A stretch of 64,000 nucleotides of DNA from an uncultured Acidobacteriota bacterium (lineage in GTDB: Bacteria > Acidobacteriota > Thermoanaerobaculia > Gp7-AA8). Below, in pieces: positions 1 through 9,765 of the stretch. The stretch is taken from positions 448,001-512,000 of the forward strand of contig CAWGHO010000001.1 in NCBI GenBank assembly GCA_963822445.1, read 5' to 3'. Below the pieces are notes generated by a model that saw nothing but the letters and a program-made list of their open reading frames with translations, was not told the origin of the DNA and ran no database searches. How positions within the stretch are numbered: the first letter of the stretch is position 1; each line of letters begins with the position of its first letter. The translations under genes and the position numbers were made by a program.

Positions 1-644
1 TCAGGGATCGACGCGCGGAAGTCGGTGAATGCGATCTCGTACACCGGCGACTTCGTCGGATCCTCGAAGATCTGATTGCCGATCGACTCCGAGACTTTGC
101 CGAGGATCGCGCGCGGTGGAGTCAGTCCGGCCGCGAGACCGCGGCGCGCGAGAGCGATGGTTTCATCGACCGATCGCGGAAAGGCGCGCATGCGCTTCAG
201 AAAGTTTTCGTGGTCTTTGACCGTGTCCCGCGGGATCGCCTGCGCGAGCTCGCTGAGGTTGTCGTGAATGCCGCCGCGCTGGCTGAGCGGCATGAGCTCG
301 CGCGGGAAGCGATCCCCTTCGATCGCGTTCCGCGTTTGGAGCAGATAAAGGTCGTAGTTGAGCTTGTCGTCCGCGGAAAGCTTGCTCCGGTCGATTGCCT
401 GGATGCGCGCGAGGACTTCCCGGTTGTGCGCCCGCCATTTCTCAAACGCCCCCTCGGAACGATCGGTCAGGCGGTCGTCATATCGCCTGTCCCCGACGCT
501 CGTCGCCCCCTCGGGATCTTCCCGGAGCTCGTACTCCCACTCGTCCGCGAACAATTGGCGAAGCTTGTCAGTTTCCTCAGAACCAGGCTGCGCGAACGAG
601 ACGAAAGCGAACGCGAGAGCGAGCACGGCGGCGGTTTTGCGCAT
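1..644 (-). CDS. DUF885 family exported protein, 5' part (runs off window start)
   Basis: Manual translation from ATG 644: MRKTAAVLALAFAFVSFAQPGSEETDKLRQLFADEWEYELREDPEGATSVGDRRYDDRL..., signal peptide; resembles the N-terminus of the DUF885 protein at 5688-7460; no stop before base 1. Confidence 0.85.
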   Translation of the reverse strand, partial: MRKTAAVLALAFAFVSFAQPGSEETDKLRQLFADEWEYELREDPEGATSVGDRRYDDRLTDRSEGAFEKWRAHNREVLARIQAIDRSKLSADDKLNYDLYLLQTRNAIEGDRFPRELMPLSQRGGIHDNLSELAQAIPRDTVKDHENFLKRMRAFPRSVDETIALARRGLAAGLTPPRAILGKVSESIGNQIFEDPTKSPVYEIAFTDFRASIP

Positions 645-697
645 GAAGCGGATTGTACGGTCCGGTGGCGTACCGATTGCTAGAGAAAGGTCACGAC

Positions 698-1390
698 ATG
701 ACCACAAATAACCCGCGGCTTACTCTCGCGCTCGCTGCAGTTCTATTGCTGCTTCCGTTGCGGGCCGAGGCGACGCTCGCCGAGGCGAAGAGCTTCGACG
801 ACAAGGTCGAACATGCGGCCTCGATCGTGGTCGGGAAATGCGTGTCGACGGAGTCGCGCTGGGACGACGCGAAGCGCTGGATCCTCACCTACAACAAGTT
901 CGAGGTCGAGAAGTCGCTCAAAGGCTTCCAGGGCCGCGAAGTCACGATCGTGACGCCGGGCGGCGTGGTCGGCAACATTCAGCAGGACACGGTCGGCGTC
1001 CCGAAGTTCGAGGTCGGCGACGAGCATGTCCTGTTCGTCCGCAACACCGCGGCCGGACCGACGGTCCTTTACTTCGAACAGGGCGCGTATGACGTCGTGC
1101 GCGACGGTCGCAACGATCCGCTGGTCATGCCCAAGGTTTCGTCGGCAGTCCTGATCGACACCCAGGCCGGCCGCGCGGTTCCGCGCGAGGAGCCGACGAC
1201 GCTGAAGGCGTTCGAAGGACGCGTGCGCGAAACGATCAAGCGGCGCGAAGCGATCCGCATGAAGATGATCGAGCGCGAGAAGAAAGAACAGAACTCGCTC
1301 ATCGGCGTGCTGCAGCGCAACAAGGCCCTGGTCCTGCTCGCGCTCATCGGCGCGGTGCTGGCGACCTGGCAGATCGTGAAACGCAGATAG
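698..1390 (+). CDS. Exported hypothetical protein with C-terminal TM anchor
   Basis: Signal peptide, PGGxVG motif, C-terminal hydrophobic helix followed by KRR; GAAAGG upstream of ATG. Confidence 0.75.
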   Translation: MTTNNPRLTLALAAVLLLLPLRAEATLAEAKSFDDKVEHAASIVVGKCVSTESRWDDAKRWILTYNKFEVEKSLKGFQGREVTIVTPGGVVGNIQQDTVGVPKFEVGDEHVLFVRNTAAGPTVLYFEQGAYDVVRDGRNDPLVMPKVSSAVLIDTQAGRAVPREEPTTLKAFEGRVRETIKRREAIRMKMIEREKKEQNSLIGVLQRNKALVLLALIGAVLATWQIVKRR

Positions 1391-1395
1391 CCGGC

Positions 1396-2187
1396 ATGGC
1401 TGACCACGCGGGGCAACAGGCGCTCGATCGCGCAATCGACGGCGAGACCGAGCTCCTCCTTCTCTATCAGCCGATTCACGATCTGCGGACGCGCGCGATC
1501 TACGGCGCCGAGGCTCTGCTGCGGCAACGGCGGCAGAGCGGTGAGATCCGCGAGGCCACCGCAATCACCGACGCGGCCGAAGACAGCGGCGGCCCCGATC
1601 TGTACACGCTCGACCGCATGGTCGTGAAGAACGCCTACACCGACGCGGTGCACTGGCAGGCGGAGTTTCCCGATGTGCGGCTGCACGTGAACCTTTCGCC
1701 GCGCGAGTTTCAGGAAGGGAACGTCATCAAACGGCTGACCGACCTCGTCACGTCCTGCGGCATCGATACGACAAAGGTCAACCTGGAGATCACCGAGACC
1801 AGCTACATCGAGCATCCTCGGGAAACGATGAAGGTGCTCGACGCCATGACCGAGCTCGGCGTCGGCCTCTGGCTCGACGACTTCGGGACGGGCCACTCCT
1901 CCCTCACCCACCTCCAGCACTTCACCCTCGACGGCGTGAAGCTGCCCGGCGCGTTCGTCAAAGACGTCCCGAGCAATGACCGTTGCGCGGCCATCGTGCG
2001 GGCGATCGTCTCGCTCGCGCACGAGCTCGACCTGCAAGTGATCGCCGAAGGGGTCGAGCGCGAGGCGCAGCTGCGCTTCCTGGCGGATCTGAACTGCGAG
2101 TACGTGCAGGGGTTCCTGTTCAGCAGGCCGATGACGGTCGAGGCGTTCTACGCGACCTTGGCCGGCCGATCGTCTTCGGGGCAGTAG
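1396..2187 (+). CDS. Stand-alone EAL-domain c-di-GMP phosphodiesterase
   Basis: YQP, EALLR, VNLS, LEITET, DDFGTGHSSL, AEGVE, QGFLFSRP motifs. Confidence 0.9.
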   Translation: MADHAGQQALDRAIDGETELLLLYQPIHDLRTRAIYGAEALLRQRRQSGEIREATAITDAAEDSGGPDLYTLDRMVVKNAYTDAVHWQAEFPDVRLHVNLSPREFQEGNVIKRLTDLVTSCGIDTTKVNLEITETSYIEHPRETMKVLDAMTELGVGLWLDDFGTGHSSLTHLQHFTLDGVKLPGAFVKDVPSNDRCAAIVRAIVSLAHELDLQVIAEGVEREAQLRFLADLNCEYVQGFLFSRPMTVEAFYATLAGRSSSGQ

Positions 2188-2864
2188 AGATCGCGACGGC
2201 GTTCGAGGTCGCGGATCACGCTCTTCTTGAACTGCTCCGGCCCGCCTTCGGCCATCCGCTCGCGGATGTAGTCGGCGATCTCCAGGATCTCGACGCGCAG
2301 CCGCACGGTCTTGAAGACGTTCGGAACATGACCGGGAATCTGCACGTGATGCAGGCCGCCGCTGTAGGCGATCAGCATCCGCCCTTCCTCGAGCGCGAGG
2401 AGGATGTCCGCGACGCCGCCGCGAACGGTCATCGGATTCCCGTTGAGATCGAGACCGGTGGCGCGCTTCATCCGCCCTTCCGGCGCGATGGTCACCATCG
2501 AGTTCTTCTCGATCGTGCTCATGACCTGGGACCAGGTGTCATCGCGCTGCCGGGTGATGGCGATGACGCGATGGGCGATGAATTTGAAGACCATGCCCAC
2601 GAGCGGCCGGTCCGTGGTCTTGTCGGCCGCGGGAACGACGCCGTGAGCGGCGAGTCGCCAGATGAACCGCGCCGGGGTAACGCCCAGGAAAACCGGCTCG
2701 AATAGGCTGGTGTGGTTCAGAAACACGACCAGCCGCAAGCCTTTCCACGGATCGCCGGGCGGCAGATTGCCCACGAATCCGAAGTCGTGGCGGTAGAAGA
2801 TCTTGCTAAGGATCTTGAGTGAAAAGAGGATCGTGAAAACGATCGCGCTCCTCAGGACGGTCAC
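2148..2864 (-). CDS. Lysophospholipid (PlsC-like) acyltransferase
   Basis: NHTSLFE (HxxxxD/E) and APEGRM (PEGxR-like) motifs. Confidence 0.8.
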   Translation of the reverse strand: MTVLRSAIVFTILFSLKILSKIFYRHDFGFVGNLPPGDPWKGLRLVVFLNHTSLFEPVFLGVTPARFIWRLAAHGVVPAADKTTDRPLVGMVFKFIAHRVIAITRQRDDTWSQVMSTIEKNSMVTIAPEGRMKRATGLDLNGNPMTVRGGVADILLALEEGRMLIAYSGGLHHVQIPGHVPNVFKTVRLRVEILEIADYIRERMAEGGPEQFKKSVIRDLERRRDLYCPEDDRPAKVA

Positions 2865-3571
2865 GAGCGCGAAGGGTAACCTGCCAGGAACCTCTTCGCA
2901 AAGGCCGGCCCCTTCCCTTCGTCCTCATGCTTGAAGAAGACGTAGGCATCGAGCCAGTTCTGCGCGTCGATCCGGCCGGCCCAGGCGCTCAGTTGCTCGT
3001 CCGAGTACTCGGTGCGGCGGAGGCGGAGGTAACCCCAGGACGCGGTGGACACGAGGAGCTTGTCCGGATCGGTCACCTCGTCGGTGTCCGAAGCGCAGAG
3101 CGCGGCGTCGCGGCCGCGGAGAACGTCGTAGACCTCGTCGTCCGACCAGGACTCGTGACGGAACTCCATGGCCACGCGATACGGCCGCGGCACGTGCGCG
3201 AGGAAGTCGCTCAGCCGCGGGACGTCTTTGCGAAAGTAGGGCGGCAGTTGAAAGAGGAGCGGACCGAGCTTCGGGCCCAGCGAGGCCGCGACCTCGAGGA
3301 AGTAGCGGAGGTCATCCTCCACGCCGGCGAGCTTTTTCTGATGGGTGATGCGCTGCGGGGCCTTGAGGACGAACGTGAATCCGTCCGGGACCTCCCCCGC
3401 CCACTTGGCGACGACCTTCTCGTCCGGCATCCGGTAGAAGGTGTTGTTGATCTCGACCGATCCGAAGTGGCCCGCGTAGAAGGACAACATCCTCGCGGCC
3501 GGAAGGTCGTCGGGATAGAAGGTGCCCTTCCATTCCTTGTAGCTGTAGCCGCTGGTGCCGACGACGATCAT
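2861..3571 (-). CDS. DUF72 family protein
   Basis: VGTSGYSYKEWKGTFYP, VEINNTFYRMP, LFQLPP, EFRHESW signatures. Confidence 0.92.
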   Translation of the reverse strand: MIVVGTSGYSYKEWKGTFYPDDLPAARMLSFYAGHFGSVEINNTFYRMPDEKVVAKWAGEVPDGFTFVLKAPQRITHQKKLAGVEDDLRYFLEVAASLGPKLGPLLFQLPPYFRKDVPRLSDFLAHVPRPYRVAMEFRHESWSDDEVYDVLRGRDAALCASDTDEVTDPDKLLVSTASWGYLRLRRTEYSDEQLSAWAGRIDAQNWLDAYVFFKHEDEGKGPAFAKRFLAGYPSRS

Positions 3572-3577
3572 CGCTGA

Positions 3578-3690
3578 AGTTTATCCCGCGCGAAGACGCG
3601 GGATCTCTGCGTGCACGAACGAGCATCGCGCAACGGAGTGACTGTCGCGGGTATGACCGGGAGATCCCGCGTCTTCGCGCGGGATAAACT
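3578..3690. repeat. REP-like element with perfect 30-bp inverted arms
   Basis: AGTTTATCCCGCGCGAAGACGCGGGATCTC (3578-3607) and its exact reverse complement (3661-3690). Confidence 0.85.
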
Positions 3691-3696
3691 CAAAAC

Positions 3697-4035
3697 CTAC
3701 ACGCTGATCAGGCCGTTGCGGATGCCGTAGCGGTACAGGCCGAGGTTGTCCTCCACGCCGAGCTTGCGGAGAAGGCGCGAGCGGTGGGTGGTCACGGTCT
3801 TCACGCTGATGTCGAGCGTGGCGGCGATCTCTTTGAGGCGGCGGCCGCTGAGGATCATGGTCATGACCTCGCGCTCGCGGGGCGACAGTTTCTTGTGGCG
3901 CCCGTCGCCGTCACCGTTCGGGTGAAACGGCACCAGGGCCTGAACGAGCTCCAGAAGCCGTGGTTTCTGTTCCTGCAGGTTTTCGGGGACGAGGGTCTCG
4001 ACGGCTGTGTGGAGCTGAAGCAGAAGGGGGTTCAT
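3697..4035 (-). CDS. LuxR/NarL-type HTH regulator without receiver domain
   Basis: LSPREREVM...KEIAATLDISVKTVTTHRSRLLRKLG. Confidence 0.9.
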   Translation of the reverse strand: MNPLLLQLHTAVETLVPENLQEQKPRLLELVQALVPFHPNGDGDGRHKKLSPREREVMTMILSGRRLKEIAATLDISVKTVTTHRSRLLRKLGVEDNLGLYRYGIRNGLISV

Positions 4036-4127
4036 CAGGCTTGTCCATCCTCCGCTGCTTACAGTAACGATGTCAGATTACGCCTCGGTTACTAGCCGGC
4101 TGGTCGGTTTTCCCCGTCGGCGGCGGC

Positions 4128-4718
4128 CTAGGCCGAGGATTCGGCGGCGGCCGGGGCCTCGCGGGCGAGCGCGGAGGCCACGAGGGCGGCAAACGCCAGC
4201 GCGGTCTGCTGATGGCTGACCGTGTAAAAGTCCGGTTCGGCCTTGTCCAGCCCGAGCATCCCGTAGACCCGCTCCTCGTGCAGAAGCGGAACACCGAGCC
4301 AGGAGTGGATGCCCGCTCCGACATGCAGACCGCGGCGGAAGGCGCGGTATTGCTCGGTATCGCCGACGATGAGCGGGCGGCGGCGATACACGACCTCGCC
4401 GTTCGGGATCTCGATGTTGTTGATGTCGAACGTCTCGCCGAGGATGACGTCGAGATCGGCGAAGCCGACGCCGCCGATGATCACCAGCCGCTGGCCGCGG
4501 AGTTCCTGCACCGAGCAGCTGTCGTACGGAACTTCCTTGCGAAGCTCGGCCAGCACCAGGCGGATGACGCTGCCGCTCGCGTCGGACCCTTCGGTGACCA
4601 CGGGCGAGCCGTCCGCGCGCGCCGCCACAGGGACGCCGCCACGCAAAAGCTCCGCGATCTGAACCTTGAGCTCCCCGATACGCTCGTCGAGCATCCCTCT
4701 GTCTTCCTCGCGAAACAA
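4128..4718 (-). CDS. Stand-alone GAF-domain protein
   Basis: SWLGVPLLHEERVYGMLGLD...FYT GAF C-terminal signature; start codon uncertain. Confidence 0.8.
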   Translation of the reverse strand: MFREEDRGMLDERIGELKVQIAELLRGGVPVAARADGSPVVTEGSDASGSVIRLVLAELRKEVPYDSCSVQELRGQRLVIIGGVGFADLDVILGETFDINNIEIPNGEVVYRRRPLIVGDTEQYRAFRRGLHVGAGIHSWLGVPLLHEERVYGMLGLDKAEPDFYTVSHQQTALAFAALVASALAREAPAAAESSA

Positions 4719-4733
4719 CGAATTCTAACGCAG

Positions 4734-4813
4734 AGTGATTAGTCGTTAGTCGTTAGTGATTAGTAGAACCGTTTCGCCTCTACTAACGACTAATCACTAA
4801 CCACTAACCACTA
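4734..4813. repeat. Inverted pair of 7-mer tandem repeats (TTAGTCG/TTAGTGA)
   Basis: GTGATTAGTCGTTAGTCGTTAGTGATTAGTAG...CTACTAACGACTAATCACTAACCACTAACCACTA. Confidence 0.8.
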
Positions 4814-5596
4814 TTTCTGGTGCTTTGCGCAAAAGTACGTCGTCCGCCCAAATACCACCGTGCGCTTGATCGTGCCGCCGCACTTCGGGCAGCGGTCGCC
4901 TTCCTCGCGATGCTGGGACAGATACCGGTGCGGCCACTCGGCGCCGCGATCGTGGGCGGCGATGACGTCGCGCAGGATGCGTCGTATGGTCGCGTAGACC
5001 GCGCGCTTCTCCGTCTCTTTCAGCTTATCCACCGGCCGCCGCGGATGAACGCCGGTTTGGAAGAGCGTCTCGTCGGCGTAGAGATTGCCGAGGCCCGCGA
5101 GGATTTCCTGCGACATGAGCAGCGACTTCATCGCTCCTTTGCGCCGGTCCAGCAACGCCGCGAATTTCGCATAGGTGAACGACGGATCGAGCGGGTCCTG
5201 GCCGAGGCCTTTTTCGGCGATGAAGTCGTCCGGTGAATCGACCAGGTCGGCGAGACCGAACAAACGCATGTCCTCGAACGCGAGATGGCCGCCGCCGTCG
5301 AAGTGGAAAACGATCTTCGCGAATCGCGGCTCGTTCTCGCGATCGGTGTAGTACGCGAGATCGCCGGTCATCCCGAAATGGAGATGCAGCCAGACACCGC
5401 CCGCGTCGGCAAAGAGATGCTTGCCATGCCGCCGCGCCGACTTGAACTCACGCCCGCGCAGCTTCTTCGCGAACGTCTCCCTGCGGATTTCGCCAAGAAT
5501 GCGCTCGTCGCGGACATCCACCTTCGCGATGCGCTGGTCGAGCGCGTGTTTCGCGAAATAGCGGCGGTAGGTTTCGACTTCGGGGAGCTCGGGCAT
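4811..5596 (-). CDS. mutM: Fpg/Nei family DNA glycosylase/AP lyase
   Basis: MPELPEVE start, RHGK, HFGMTG, GLGNLYADE H2TH, C-terminal CPKC..CAKHQ zinc finger. Confidence 0.92.
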   Translation of the reverse strand: MPELPEVETYRRYFAKHALDQRIAKVDVRDERILGEIRRETFAKKLRGREFKSARRHGKHLFADAGGVWLHLHFGMTGDLAYYTDRENEPRFAKIVFHFDGGGHLAFEDMRLFGLADLVDSPDDFIAEKGLGQDPLDPSFTYAKFAALLDRRKGAMKSLLMSQEILAGLGNLYADETLFQTGVHPRRPVDKLKETEKRAVYATIRRILRDVIAAHDRGAEWPHRYLSQHREEGDRCPKCGGTIKRTVVFGRTTYFCAKHQK

Positions 5597-5598
5597 GT

Positions 5599-5686
5599 GG
5601 TTGCGGGGTTACGGGGTTACTGGGTTACGAGGAAGCAAAGGCTGGGAATCTACTTCGTAACCCCGAAACCCCGAAACCCCGTAACG
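5599..5686. repeat. Inverted pair of 8-mer tandem repeats (GGGGTTAC / GAAACCCC)
   Basis: GGGGTTACGGGGTTACTGGGTTACGAG...CGTAACCCCGAAACCCCGAAACCCCGTAAC. Confidence 0.75.
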
Positions 5687-5687
5687 A

Positions 5688-7460
5688 TTAGAGCTTTTCC
5701 CCAGCAATCCACCTCTCAATCCTCTCCTCCAGCGTCTGCAGCGGCAGTGATCCGGCGCCGAGGATTTCGTCGTGGAATTCGCGGATGTCGAAGCGGGTGC
5801 CGAGCTCGCGTTGGGCGCGGTCGCGGAGCTCGACGATCTTCAGCTGGCCGATCTTGTACGCGAGGGCCTGGCCGGGCCAGACGATGTAGCGGTCCGTTTC
5901 GCTCTGAATCTCCACCTCGTCGATCGCGGAGTGGTCACGGAAGAACTGCACGACCTGATCGCGCGTCCAGCGCTTCGAGTGCAATCCCGTATCGACGACC
6001 AGGCGGATGGCGCGGAGCATTTCATCGTTGAGGCGTCCGTAGTCGCTGTACGGATCCTGATAGAAGCCGACTTCCTTCCCGAGACGCTCGGAGTACAACG
6101 CCCATCCCTCGACGAACGCCGTCTCCCCACCCTGCTGGCGGAACTTCGGCAGATCCACGAGCTCCTGCTGAATGGCCAGTTGCATGTGATGGCCGGGCAC
6201 ACCCTCGTGATACGCGGTCGACTCGAACGGGAGCGTCTTTCGCGTCTCCGCCTCGTACGTGTTCACGTAAACGCGCCCGGGACGCGAGCCGTCCGGCGCG
6301 GGCGTGTTGTATTCGGCACTCGAAGCCTGAGCCTCGCGGAATGCGGGCGTGGGCACGATCTCCATCGGCGCCTTCGGCAGGCGGCCAAAGAGCTGCGGCA
6401 GCTTCGCGTACATCTGGTCCGTGTATTTCTTGTACGAATCGATGATGTGCTGCGGCGACTTCGCCTGCACTTCCGGGTTTGTTTTCAGCGACTCGTTGAA
6501 GGTCTTCAGATCGTTGTAGCCGAGCTTCTTCGCGATCTGCAGCATCTCCCCTTCGATCCGCGCCACTTCGTTCAGTCCGATCTGATGAATCTCCTCGGGG
6601 GTCTTGTCCGTCGTGGTCTGGTTCCGGACCATGAACGCGTAGCGCTCCTTGCCGTCCGGCAGCGCCCAGACGCCGACTTCCGTGCGTCCCTTCGGCGCGT
6701 ACCCGTCGCGCACGAAGGCGGCGAATTTCGCGTATGACGGAAGGACGTGCTTTTCGATCGCCGCGATCAACGCCGCGCGAATGCGCTCTTTCTCCTGCGC
6801 GGATAACGACTCGGGCATCTTCTCCAGCGGTCCGGCGAACGGCGACTTATCGGCCGCGGTTCTGGCGATGTTGTCGGCCTGTTCCGCGACTTTCGTCAGC
6901 AGGAACTGCGGCGGCATCAGCTTGTTGGCCATCCCTTTCCGCATGTTGGCGATGGTGTCGCTCATGCTCTTGGGGAACTTGCCGAGGCGGGCGATGTAGT
7001 CGTCGTAGTCCTTCGCCGTCTGGAACCCGAGCAGCGACGGCAACTGCGCCGCGCCGAGATGGATGCCGCCCATCTGGTTGACCGGCATCTGCCAGTTGCG
7101 GAACTTCGCCGACTGCACGCCCTGGCGAAGATCGCGGACCATGAGATCGCGATTGAGCTTCTCGGTCTCGGAGAAGGCGCGAGTGTCGATCGCTTCGAAC
7201 CTTGCCAGCCAGCGCTTCGTCTCCGCCTGCTCTTTCTTCACGGCCGCTTCCGAAACGTCGCTGACCTCGGCGTTGTAGCGCTTGTCGCCGAGGATCGAGG
7301 CGTATTCGGGGTTCTGCTTCATCGTGTACTCCCAGTGCTCGTCGAGCAGATCCATCAGCGCCTTGCGGCGGCGATCGAGATCCGCGGCGGAGAGCTCCTG
7401 AGCCGCCAGCGACGCCCCGGTGAGGACAGCGACGAACAGAGCGAGCAGAAGCGTTTTCAT
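5688..7460 (-). CDS. DUF885 family exported metallopeptidase-like protein
   Basis: Signal peptide; HEGVPGHHMQ, EGWALYSE, RLVVDTGLH, PGQALAYKIG. Confidence 0.92.
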   Translation of the reverse strand: MKTLLLALFVAVLTGASLAAQELSAADLDRRRKALMDLLDEHWEYTMKQNPEYASILGDKRYNAEVSDVSEAAVKKEQAETKRWLARFEAIDTRAFSETEKLNRDLMVRDLRQGVQSAKFRNWQMPVNQMGGIHLGAAQLPSLLGFQTAKDYDDYIARLGKFPKSMSDTIANMRKGMANKLMPPQFLLTKVAEQADNIARTAADKSPFAGPLEKMPESLSAQEKERIRAALIAAIEKHVLPSYAKFAAFVRDGYAPKGRTEVGVWALPDGKERYAFMVRNQTTTDKTPEEIHQIGLNEVARIEGEMLQIAKKLGYNDLKTFNESLKTNPEVQAKSPQHIIDSYKKYTDQMYAKLPQLFGRLPKAPMEIVPTPAFREAQASSAEYNTPAPDGSRPGRVYVNTYEAETRKTLPFESTAYHEGVPGHHMQLAIQQELVDLPKFRQQGGETAFVEGWALYSERLGKEVGFYQDPYSDYGRLNDEMLRAIRLVVDTGLHSKRWTRDQVVQFFRDHSAIDEVEIQSETDRYIVWPGQALAYKIGQLKIVELRDRAQRELGTRFDIREFHDEILGAGSLPLQTLEERIERWIAGEKL

Positions 7461-7515
7461 GCGCGAAAGTCTACGCTGCGACGGAACGGGAGTTTCACGT
7501 AGACTGCGCACTCGC

Positions 7516-7914
7516 ATGGCAGCCGAGCAGACCGCGACGCGCTACCGGGCCCTCGTCGTGGAGGATGACCCGGCCATCCGCCGTCTGGTGGAAAAACTGC
7601 TGCGGCGGCACTCGATCGAGATCGATACCGCCGGTGACGGCCGGACGGCGATCGAGAAGCTGAAAGTGAATCGCTACTCGGTGCTCGTGCTCGACCTGAT
7701 GGTGCCCGAGCTGAACGGCTTCGACGTGATCGAGCACCTGAAGAACGAGGGCAATCCCGTGCCGGTCGCGGTCGTCTCCGCGGTCTCGCAACAGGCGTTG
7801 ACGAAGCTCGATCTGGACGTGGTGAAAGTCGTGATCTCGAAACCGTTCGACGTGGACGAATTCACCAAAGCCATCCTCACGCTGTGCGCCGAGAGCGAAG
7901 CCGCCGCGAATTAG
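7516..7914 (+). CDS. Single-domain response regulator
   Basis: LVVEDD, LDLMVP, KPF. Confidence 0.9.
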   Translation: MAAEQTATRYRALVVEDDPAIRRLVEKLLRRHSIEIDTAGDGRTAIEKLKVNRYSVLVLDLMVPELNGFDVIEHLKNEGNPVPVAVVSAVSQQALTKLDLDVVKVVISKPFDVDEFTKAILTLCAESEAAAN

Positions 7915-7937
7915 TTATTGCGCGTATGATTGCGCAC

Positions 7938-8954
7938 ATGTCCCGCCGGGCCCTCGCTCTCGTAGTTCTCTCGATCCTCCTCAGCTTGCCTGCTGCGGCT
8001 TTCGACAAAGGCGACGTGCTGTTCGAATACCGGGCGCATACACCCGGCGACGCCAATTCGAGGTCCTACGAGCTTTGGGTGCACAACATCGGGTGGCGTT
8101 ACGCCGTCATGCAGGGAAGCGCGCTGATTTACAAGCCCGTTCCGTACAGTGGATTGGGCGGACATCTTCTGATTCCCTCGCCCAACGAGATCGTCTTTCA
8201 CCATCAGCGGACAGTCTCACTTTGGGATGGTGTGCCGACGCGGGGCAATCTTCCCGGCAAGGGTTACACGGAGATCTTCACGGCCGACACGGAGCTGAGC
8301 GAGATTGCCCCGATACGCTCCGGCAATTACCTGGTCGCAGAACGGTGGGCGGAGCAGAGCGCGAAGCTGATCGAGTTCAACATCCACGGACGCATTGCGG
8401 AGCATCCCTTCCCCGAAGTGATCGACCCCGCGACGAACCGCGCCCTCGGGGCGATGCACATCGAGTTACTGAGCGACCAGTGCACGGTCCTGTACACGCT
8501 CGGCAGCGAAGATCCGGCTGGAAGCCGCGTGCGTCGGATGAATGTCTGCACGAATCAGGCGCAGACCGATTTCGCAACGTTGTTGCCGGGGCAATACGCA
8601 GGCTCGATTCGCCAGCTGCCCAATGGCAACGTCCTCGTCGCGAACGGCACGGCCGTCCTGCAGTTCGACGCCGCAGGCTCGCTGGTTCGTACCTACGAGA
8701 ATCCCGGCGTCACGCATCTCGCGCTGAGCACCGACGGGAAAGCGTTCTGGGCAGCGAGCGTCGACCTCGAGAAGGCGCATCTCCGCCGCTTCGATTGGAG
8801 CGCAGTGGATGCGACGACTCCGCCGTCGATCCAACTGGGCAACGACGGGATGCAGATCGGGACGGTTCCGCTGGAAACGAGCGATCTGGTCGTGGTCGGT
8901 GAATGGCGGGCATCGACCCGCGCGGCCCGGCGCGGCCGTGCCATCCGGCATTGA
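7938..8954 (+). CDS. Secreted beta-propeller-like hypothetical protein
   Basis: Signal peptide, blade-like repeats (LPNGNVLVA, LSTDGKAFW), basic C-terminal tail RRGRAIRH. Confidence 0.7.
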   Translation: MSRRALALVVLSILLSLPAAAFDKGDVLFEYRAHTPGDANSRSYELWVHNIGWRYAVMQGSALIYKPVPYSGLGGHLLIPSPNEIVFHHQRTVSLWDGVPTRGNLPGKGYTEIFTADTELSEIAPIRSGNYLVAERWAEQSAKLIEFNIHGRIAEHPFPEVIDPATNRALGAMHIELLSDQCTVLYTLGSEDPAGSRVRRMNVCTNQAQTDFATLLPGQYAGSIRQLPNGNVLVANGTAVLQFDAAGSLVRTYENPGVTHLALSTDGKAFWAASVDLEKAHLRRFDWSAVDATTPPSIQLGNDGMQIGTVPLETSDLVVVGEWRASTRAARRGRAIRH

Positions 8955-9490
8955 TTGTCCTGATCAACGGCGCGTTCGGAATCGGCAAGACGACCGTCGC
9001 TCGTGCGCTGGTTGCCCGTCTGCCGCGCGCGGTGCTTTTCGACCCGGAGATCATCGGCATCGCTCTTCAACGTCTCCTGCGACTCGCCGGCCTGCATATC
9101 GACGATTTTCAGGATCTGAAACTGTGGCGGCGGCTCACCGTTGCCGGCCTTCGGATCGCGCGAGCGTTCCGGCCCAACGTCGTGGTTCCCATGGCGTTTT
9201 CAAACGGCGCGTATCTTCAGGAGATCCGCTCCGCACTCCATCGCTTCGAGCCCGACGTGTTTCACGTCTGCCTCGTCGCACCGGTGGAAGTGGTGCATGA
9301 GCGCTTGCGAGATCGCGGAGCGGATCCTACAAAGCACGCCTGGCAGTTTCGGCGAGCATCCGAGTGTTGCCGGATTCACGAAAGCGGAGACGAGTTTGGG
9401 ACGCGCGTGGATGCGAGCGGCCGCGATCCCCATCAACTGGCCGCGGAAGTGCTCGACCTGGTTCGCCGGGGCACGTCACTTGCCTGCTGA
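8951..9490 (+). CDS. P-loop kinase / AAA family (TmrB-like)
   Basis: LINGAFGIGKTT Walker A, FDPE, DFQD..WR; TTG overlaps the upstream stop. Confidence 0.8.
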   Translation: MIVLINGAFGIGKTTVARALVARLPRAVLFDPEIIGIALQRLLRLAGLHIDDFQDLKLWRRLTVAGLRIARAFRPNVVVPMAFSNGAYLQEIRSALHRFEPDVFHVCLVAPVEVVHERLRDRGADPTKHAWQFRRASECCRIHESGDEFGTRVDASGRDPHQLAAEVLDLVRRGTSLAC

Positions 9491-9765
9491 TGCGACCCAT
9501 GGACGACGATGTAAATCAGATGTCCCGCGACCAGCTCATCGCGGAGGTCCAGCGTCTCCGCGATGGAGTCCGCGAGCATCGCGACAGCTCCGGACAGGAC
9601 CTCTGCTGGTTCCATCCGAAGCTGTGGAGCCTTCTGCCGGAGAAGACCGATCCTCTTCCCGACGTGCCGCCGTGGCCGGAGTTTCTGCGCGGCTGCGTGA
9701 AGTACCGCGAATCGCTCGACAAATCTCCTCGGCCCGCTACTGCGTCCCCGCCCGAAGCTCGGTGA
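9490..9765 (+). CDS. Small hypothetical protein
   Basis: Translationally coupled; HRDSSGQDLCWFHPKLWSLLPE...FLRGCVKYR. Confidence 0.7.
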   Translation: MRPMDDDVNQMSRDQLIAEVQRLRDGVREHRDSSGQDLCWFHPKLWSLLPEKTDPLPDVPPWPEFLRGCVKYRESLDKSPRPATASPPEAR

